From contig CAVYGH010000011.1 of NCBI GenBank assembly GCA_963767945.1, positions 353,599 through 417,598 of the forward strand: a stretch of DNA of 64,000 bases, given 5' to 3'. The notes under the pieces were generated by a model. The model was not told the DNA's origin. It worked only from the letters and a program-made list of their open reading frames with translations, and did not search any database. Numbering within the stretch: position 1 is the first letter of the stretch; each line of letters opens with the position of its first letter. Shown here in pieces: positions 58,896 to 64,000 of this stretch. Source of the DNA: an uncultured Chloroflexia bacterium (GTDB lineage Bacteria; Chloroflexota; Limnocylindria; Limnocylindrales; CSP1-4). Both the position numbers and the translations under genes were made by a program.

Positions 58896-60545
58896 TCAGT
58901 CGTCGAGCTCGGGCGTCTCGTGCACGGCGACCCCGTCGACGAACGTCGCGACGACCCGCGTGTCGGCGATGCCGCCGGCCCCGCGATCGAACAGGTCGCG
59001 GTCGAGCACGGCGAGATCGGCCAGGCGGCCCACGGCGATCGTCCCCGCCTCGTCGAGGTGGCTCGCGTAGGCCGACCCGGCGGTGAACGCCGTCAGCGCC
59101 TCGGTCAGCTCGATCGCCTCCTCGGGCATGAAGCGCGCGCGGGTCGCCTCGTGGCCGGGGATCACGCGGTTGACGGCGATGTCCATCTGCGCGAACGGGT
59201 CGGCGGTGGAGACCGACCAGTCGGAGCCCATCACGACCGTCACGCCATGGCGCCGGAACGACCGCAGCGGGTACTGCCGCGCGGACACGACCGGCCCGAG
59301 CACGGGCAGGGTCAGCTCGTCCATCTGGTCCTCGTGGACGGCCCACAGCGCCTGGACGTTCGCGAGCGCGCCCAGCCGGCGGAAGCGCGGGATGTCGTCC
59401 GGATGGACGACCTGCAGGTGGGCCAGGTGCGGCCGGGTGTCCGTCCAGCCGTTCTCGCGCCTTGCCGCCTCGACCGCGTCGAGCCCGAGGCGCACGGCCC
59501 GGTCGCCGAGCGCGTGGAAGTGGACCTGGAACCCGAGGGCATCGAGCCTCGGCACCGCCCGTTGGAGGACCGCGGGCTCGATGAACGCCAGGCCGCGGTT
59601 GTCGGTCGGGGTCCCGTCCGGCGCGAAGTACGGATCGAGCATCGCCGCCGTCCGGTTCTCGACGATGCCGTCGAGCGGCAGCTTCACGCTGGTCGCCGCG
59701 TAGCGGCCCACGGGACCGTCCGCGCGCCGCGCGACGAAGGCGTCGATCTGGTCGAGCCCGGCGTCGCGCTCCCACCAGCTGCGCCCCGACGACCCGTGCC
59801 GTCAGGTCGCCCCGGCCGGCGACGCGGAGATACGTCGCGTGATCGTCCGGCTCGACGATCGCGTCCTGCCAGTTCGTGATCCCGAGCCCGTGAAGGTACG
59901 CCTGGCTCTCGAGCAGGCCCTGCTCCATCTCCACCGGCGACGTCGGGGGGATGAGGCGGGTCACCAGGTCCTGGGCGCCTTCGTGGAGGGTGCCGAGCGG
60001 CGAGCCGTCGGCGTCGCGGGCGATCCGGCCGTCGTGCGGGTCGGGCGTGTCCGCGGTGATGCCCGCCAGCTCCAGCGCGCGGCTGTTCACCCACCCGTCG
60101 TGCCCGTCGCGGTTGGGCAGGAACACCGGGCGATCCGGGACGGCCCGGTCGAGGTCCTCGCGCCGCGCGAGCCCGCCCGGAAAGTGGGCGAGCGACCAGC
60201 CGCTGCCCAGGATCCACGGGACCTCGGGGTGCGCCGCGGCGTAGGCCGCGACCCGGCCCACGTAGTCGTCGATCCCCTCGCCGTCGAGCAGGTCGCAGTG
60301 GATGCGGTCGACGCCGGACGAGATCGGGTGGACGTGGGCGTCCCCGAACCCGGCGTGACCGTGCGGCCGCGCAGGTCGATGACCCGGGTCGACGGCCCGG
60401 CCAGCTCCATGACCTCCCGGTCGCCGCCGACCGCGACGATCCGGTTGCCCCGGACGGCGACGGCCCGGGCCCAGCTGGTGGCGGCGTCGGCGGTGAACAC
60501 CGCTCCGCCGGTGAGGACGAGGTCGGCGCGATCGGTCGATGTCAT
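58896..60545 (-). CDS. Amidohydrolase-3 family metal-dependent hydrolase; two frame breaks (near 60352, deletion-type, and near 59782)
   Basis: MTSTDRADLVLTGGAVFTAD..AVRGNRIVAVGG..RGRTVTPG-FGDAHVHPISSG (metal His-x-His), then ORF 58837..60261 (..WILGSGW..RDGHDGWVNSRALE..), then ORF 58896..59711 (..VHFHALGDRAV..AHLQVVHPDD..VMGSDWSV..VATFVDG). Confidence 0.8.
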
Positions 60546-60620
60546 GGCTCGAGGATGCACGACGCGCAACGGGTCCCGCGACGGCGTCGCGCCGTGCGGC
60601 GTGGGCGATAGGCTTCGCCG

Positions 60621-61169
60621 ATGACCACTGTCGACCTGCTGCATCCCGGCTACACCGGCGACCGCGTCGCCTCGTCCGTCGTGCTCGTCCGTGACGCGGA
60701 CGCGCGGATCATCGTCGACCCGGGCATGGTCGCGAACCGGTCCCTGATCCTGGACCCGCTCGCGGCCCTGGGCGTCGCGCCCGAGGCGGTGACCCACGTG
60801 TTCCTCAGCCACCACCACCCCGATCACACGATCAACTGTGCGCTGTTCCCGAACGCCGAGGTGGTCGACTTCTGGGCGCGCTACGTCGGCGACCTGTGGC
60901 TGGACCACGACGGCGACGGCTACCGCCTGTCGCCGAACGCGGAGCTCTGGCTGACGCCGGGCCACACGGCGGAGGACGCGTCCCTGGTCGTCGCGGCGGA
61001 CGACGGCGTGTACGCGATGACCCACCTGTGGTGGCACGCCGACCGGACGCCCGAGGTGGACCCGCTGGGCGACGACCAGGCCCAGATCGAGCGCGGGCGG
61101 GCGCGGATCCTGGCGGCGGCCGACGTGGTGATCCCCGGCCACGGCGCGGCGTTCCGGACCGGCCGCTAG
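60621..61169 (+). CDS. MBL-fold metallo-hydrolase
   Basis: Intact 182 aa with VFLSHHHPDHT (HxHxDH), TPGHTAED and IPGHGAAF. Confidence 0.8.
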   Translation: MTTVDLLHPGYTGDRVASSVVLVRDADARIIVDPGMVANRSLILDPLAALGVAPEAVTHVFLSHHHPDHTINCALFPNAEVVDFWARYVGDLWLDHDGDGYRLSPNAELWLTPGHTAEDASLVVAADDGVYAMTHLWWHADRTPEVDPLGDDQAQIERGRARILAAADVVIPGHGAAFRTGR

Positions 61170-61181
61170 CCGGAGCGCCCG

Positions 61182-61952
61182 CTAGCCGCGTGTCGCGAGG
61201 ATGTTCAGCCGAACGTAGTCGATGACCGGGCCGGCGAGGCGGCTCGCGACCGCGTCGACGAACGCGTCCCGGTCGGCCTCCGGGATCCGCACGAGGTGCT
61301 CGGGCAGGACCACCGTCCGGAGGTACTCGCGGAGCGGCGCTCCGGGTTCGATCGCGGTGGGCTCGTCCGTGAGCCACGCCTCGGCATCGACGAAGCCCGC
61401 GGCCTGCAGCCGCCCGATCGTCGCCTCGGGCGACGCGAAGGTCCACGGACCCTCCGAGGAGTCGCCGGTCTCGGCGATCGCGGCGCGGATCGAGGCGATG
61501 TTGCCCTCGCCGCCGCACTGCGCGACCAACCGGCCACCGGGCCTGAGCGCGGCGGCCAGATGGCGGAACAGGGCGTCGTGGTCGCGCACCCAGTGGAAGG
61601 TCGCGGTCGAGAGGATCGCGTCGAGGCTGGAGTCCGGGATCGGCAGCGGCGCCCCGAGGTCGGCGACCACGAACGTCACCCGATCGCCGAACCGCGCCAG
61701 CCGGCCTCGCGCGGCCTCGACCATCGCCTGCGAGCCGTCGAGCGCGACGACCCGCCCCGCCGGCAGGCGCTCGGCGAGCCGCTCGGTGACGCGGCCGGTC
61801 CCGCAGCCCGCGTCGAGCACGGTCTCGTCGCCCCGCAGGTCCAGCCGGCCGAGGACGTCCGTGCCCCACCGGGTCTGCGGGGAAGCGATGCGGTCATAGG
61901 TCGTCGCGTCCCAGTCGAGCGGCTGTCGGTGCGCGACCGCGTCGTCAGGCAT
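61182..61952 (-). CDS. Class I SAM-dependent methyltransferase (trans-aconitate methyltransferase-like)
   Basis: Intact 256 aa with WDATTYDRIASPQTRWG, VLDAGCGTGRVTERL, ALDGSQAMV and ATFHWV. Confidence 0.8.
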   Translation of the reverse strand: MPDDAVAHRQPLDWDATTYDRIASPQTRWGTDVLGRLDLRGDETVLDAGCGTGRVTERLAERLPAGRVVALDGSQAMVEAARGRLARFGDRVTFVVADLGAPLPIPDSSLDAILSTATFHWVRDHDALFRHLAAALRPGGRLVAQCGGEGNIASIRAAIAETGDSSEGPWTFASPEATIGRLQAAGFVDAEAWLTDEPTAIEPGAPLREYLRTVVLPEHLVRIPEADRDAFVDAVASRLAGPVIDYVRLNILATRG

Positions 61953-63547
61953 CGGCCGATCCCGGTCGCTCGGGCGCGCTCGCCCCGGCCGCCGCCACGG
62001 CCTGCTTCGCCCGCCCCTCGCGCAGGCCGACGCCGTTGGTCACGGCACCGCCCACGAGGAGCGCGCCGCACACGATGACGGCGAGCCGGAACGCGTTCAC
62101 CGACGCGGTCTTGGACGCCGCGGCGACCGCGTCCGGCGCGCCCGCCGCGGGCGGGTTCAGCGGCTGGGCCAGCTGGTGGAGGGCCGGATCCGAGGGGTCG
62201 CTGCCCGGGACCGAGGCCGAGAGGGCGGCATAGAACGTGCCCGAGATCGCGACGAAGATCACTGCCGACAACAGGGGCTGGCCGACGCGGCTGATGGCGT
62301 TGTTGATGGCCGAGCCCGTCGCGGCGCTCTGGACCGGGATCGACGACATCAGGGTCGCGGTCAGCGGCGCCACCACGAGGACGAACCCGGCGCCCCACAG
62401 GAGGACGTACGGCAGCACGTCGACCAGCGTCGAGGCCGGCGGCAGGTACGTGGACGGGTCGCCCGGCGTGAACAGCCACGGCTGGCTCGTCGCCGGGATC
62501 CGCGCGAGCCAGGCGAGGCCGGCCGCCATCAGCACTGGGCCCGACGATCAGGAACCGCCGGGCGCCGAGGCGGCCGCTCAGGGTGCCGATGCGGGCCGAC
62601 AGCAGCGCGATGAACAGCGAGCTCGGCAGGCTGACGAGCCCGGCCGCCGTCGCGGTGTAGCCCAGGACGTTCTGGAGGAACAGGCCAAGGAGGTAGCCCA
62701 TGGTGTAGGCGGCGCCGTAGATCAACAGCGTCGAGAGGTTGATGGTCGAGAACTGGCGGCGCCGGAACATCCCGAGCGGGACCAGCGGATGTGGGCGCCG
62801 CGCCATCAGCAGGGGGAACGCGACCAGCGCGACCGCGCCGACGATCAGCGCCACCCAGGCCACGGGGTCCTGCCAGCTGCGCTCCTGGCCGCGGATCGCC
62901 CCGAAGGCCAGACCGCCCACCGCGACGATCGCGACGCCGGCCCCCAGCCAGTCGAACCGCGCCGACGCGTCGCCGGCCTTGCTCTCGGCGACGTGGCGCA
63001 ACGCGACCAGCGCGAGGATCACGAGCGGCACGTTGATCAGGAAGGCCGCCCGCCACGTGACGATGTCGACGAGCAGCCCGCCGACCACGGGCCCGATCAG
63101 CCCGGTCGCCGCGGCCGCCGCCGCCCACAGCCCGATGGCCCGCGATCGCTGCACCTGGTCGGCGAACGTCGCGGTGATGATCGCGAGCGAGCCGGGCACG
63201 AGCAGCGCCCCGGCCGCCCCCTGGAGCAGGCGCGCGACGACGAGCAGCTCGAGCGTCGGCGCCAGGCCGCACAGCACCGAGGTGATCCCGAAACCCGTGA
63301 GTCCGATCGCGAACAGCCGCCGCCGGCCGTAGTAGTCCGCGAGGGCGCCGGCGAGGAGCAGCAGCGCGGCGAGGATCGCGAGGTAGCCGCCGACGACGTA
63401 GGTCTGCCCCTCGAGCGTCGAGACCAGGCTCGCCGGGAGCTCGCGGCCGATGTGCGGCAGGGCGAGGTTCACGATCGTGCCGTCGAGGAAGACCATCGAC
63501 GTCCCGAGGATCGTCGCGAGCATCGTCCAGCGCTGGGCCTTGGTCAC
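61945..63547 (-). CDS. MFS transporter, DHA2 (EmrB/QacA, 14-TMS) family; frame break near 62538
   Basis: GTG 63547 (GAAGGAGA upstream) gives VTKAQRWTMLATILGTSMVFLDGTIVNLALP..GALADYYGRRRLF..LLQGAAGALLVPGSLAI.. The last 4 TMS are in ORF 61945..62535. Confidence 0.8.
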
Positions 63548-63669
63548 CGGTCTCCTTCGGGTGCGTCGATCGAGTGTGTCATGAGCCGCGGATCGGCCGA
63601 CCATCGGCCGTCGTCCGCGTCCAGGGGCCGTCGGGATCGCGGATCCGCGCCCTGCTCTATGCTGCGGCC

Positions 63670-64000
63670 GTGCCCGGACCGGTGGCGCTCGTGGGCGCCG
63701 GAGAGTTCCTCGCGCCGATGGCAGAGTTCGACCGCGGGTTGCTCGAAGCCACCGGCCGACCGAGGCCGCGCGTCGTCGTCCTGCCGACCGCGTCGGCGCC
63801 CGACGGCGAGGAGACCTTTCGCGTCTGGGCGGAGATGGGCGTCGAGCACTTCACGGCCCTCGGCGCCGAGGTCGAGCCGGTGCTCGTCCGGGACGCCGGC
63901 GAGGGCTTCGACGGAGCCGCGCTCCAGGCGATCGGCGAGGCCGACCTCATCTACCTGTCCGGCGGCCATCCGCGGCATCTGCTGAGCGTCCTGCAGGAGT
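63670..64000 (+). CDS. Peptidase S51 / class I glutamine-amidotransferase-like protein (cyanophycinase/dipeptidase E family), 5' part; continues beyond the window
   Basis: Not in the ORF track because there is no stop. Manual translation from GTG 63670 gives VPGPVALVGAGEFLAPMAEFDRGLLEATGRPRPRVVVLPTASAPDGEETFRVWAEMGVEHFTALGAEVEPVLV..ADLIYLSGGHPRHLLSVLQE. Confidence 0.6.
   Translation, partial: MPGPVALVGAGEFLAPMAEFDRGLLEATGRPRPRVVVLPTASAPDGEETFRVWAEMGVEHFTALGAEVEPVLVRDAGEGFDGAALQAIGEADLIYLSGGHPRHLLSVLQE

Overview
High-GC (~70%+) Actinomycetota-like chromosomal window with about 65 protein genes and one tRNA (tRNA-Sec). I saw no rRNA, CRISPR array, transposase or integrase. Gene content by region follows. 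(1) 1-5.6 kb: a GlcNAc-type sugar operon (GntR/HutC regulator, BadF-type kinase, SIS protein, GH84 hexosaminidase, ABC binding protein and permease) with dre-like TAGACCA operators. (2) 9-12 kb: a MoxR-DUF58-VWA operon. (3) 13-15.5 kb: pxpCBA. (4) 16-20 kb: a GT2 / GH130 / six-hairpin / GT4 glycan cluster. (5) 20-26 kb: csp, an FAD oxidase, an S41 peptidase and a secreted C39-like peptidase. (6) 26.4-30.1 kb: a metH gene broken by about 15 frameshifts. (7) 32.8-37.3 kb: the most unusual locus. It holds tandem RlpA-like genes, then two divergently transcribed enzyme genes, one HExxH metallopeptidase-like and one papain-like. Both products share an N-proximal LQRxxGNAAV..VQR leader. A small downstream partner ORF follows, and three TGCCCGATCGGGCA palindromes sit in the shared promoter region. 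(8) 41-58 kb: a selenocysteine formate-dehydrogenase regulon. It contains fdhD, a NuoE/F fusion, an Fe-S N-terminal FdhA module, and a separately located Sec(UGA)-containing FdhA catalytic module with an E. coli-like SECIS. It also contains selD, tRNA-Sec, selA, selB and mobA. The fdhA gene is split and its two halves are in permuted order. Across the window roughly 40+ genes' reading frames are interrupted by single-base indels. Almost all of these behave as +1 insertions, which points to a technical error process (or engineered noise) rather than natural decay. Interrupted genes are therefore listed as CDS with the break noted. The exception is metH, whose break density is about 8-fold above background. 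All coordinates of frame breaks and several start codons are approximate, derived by hand from the ORF track and manual translation.
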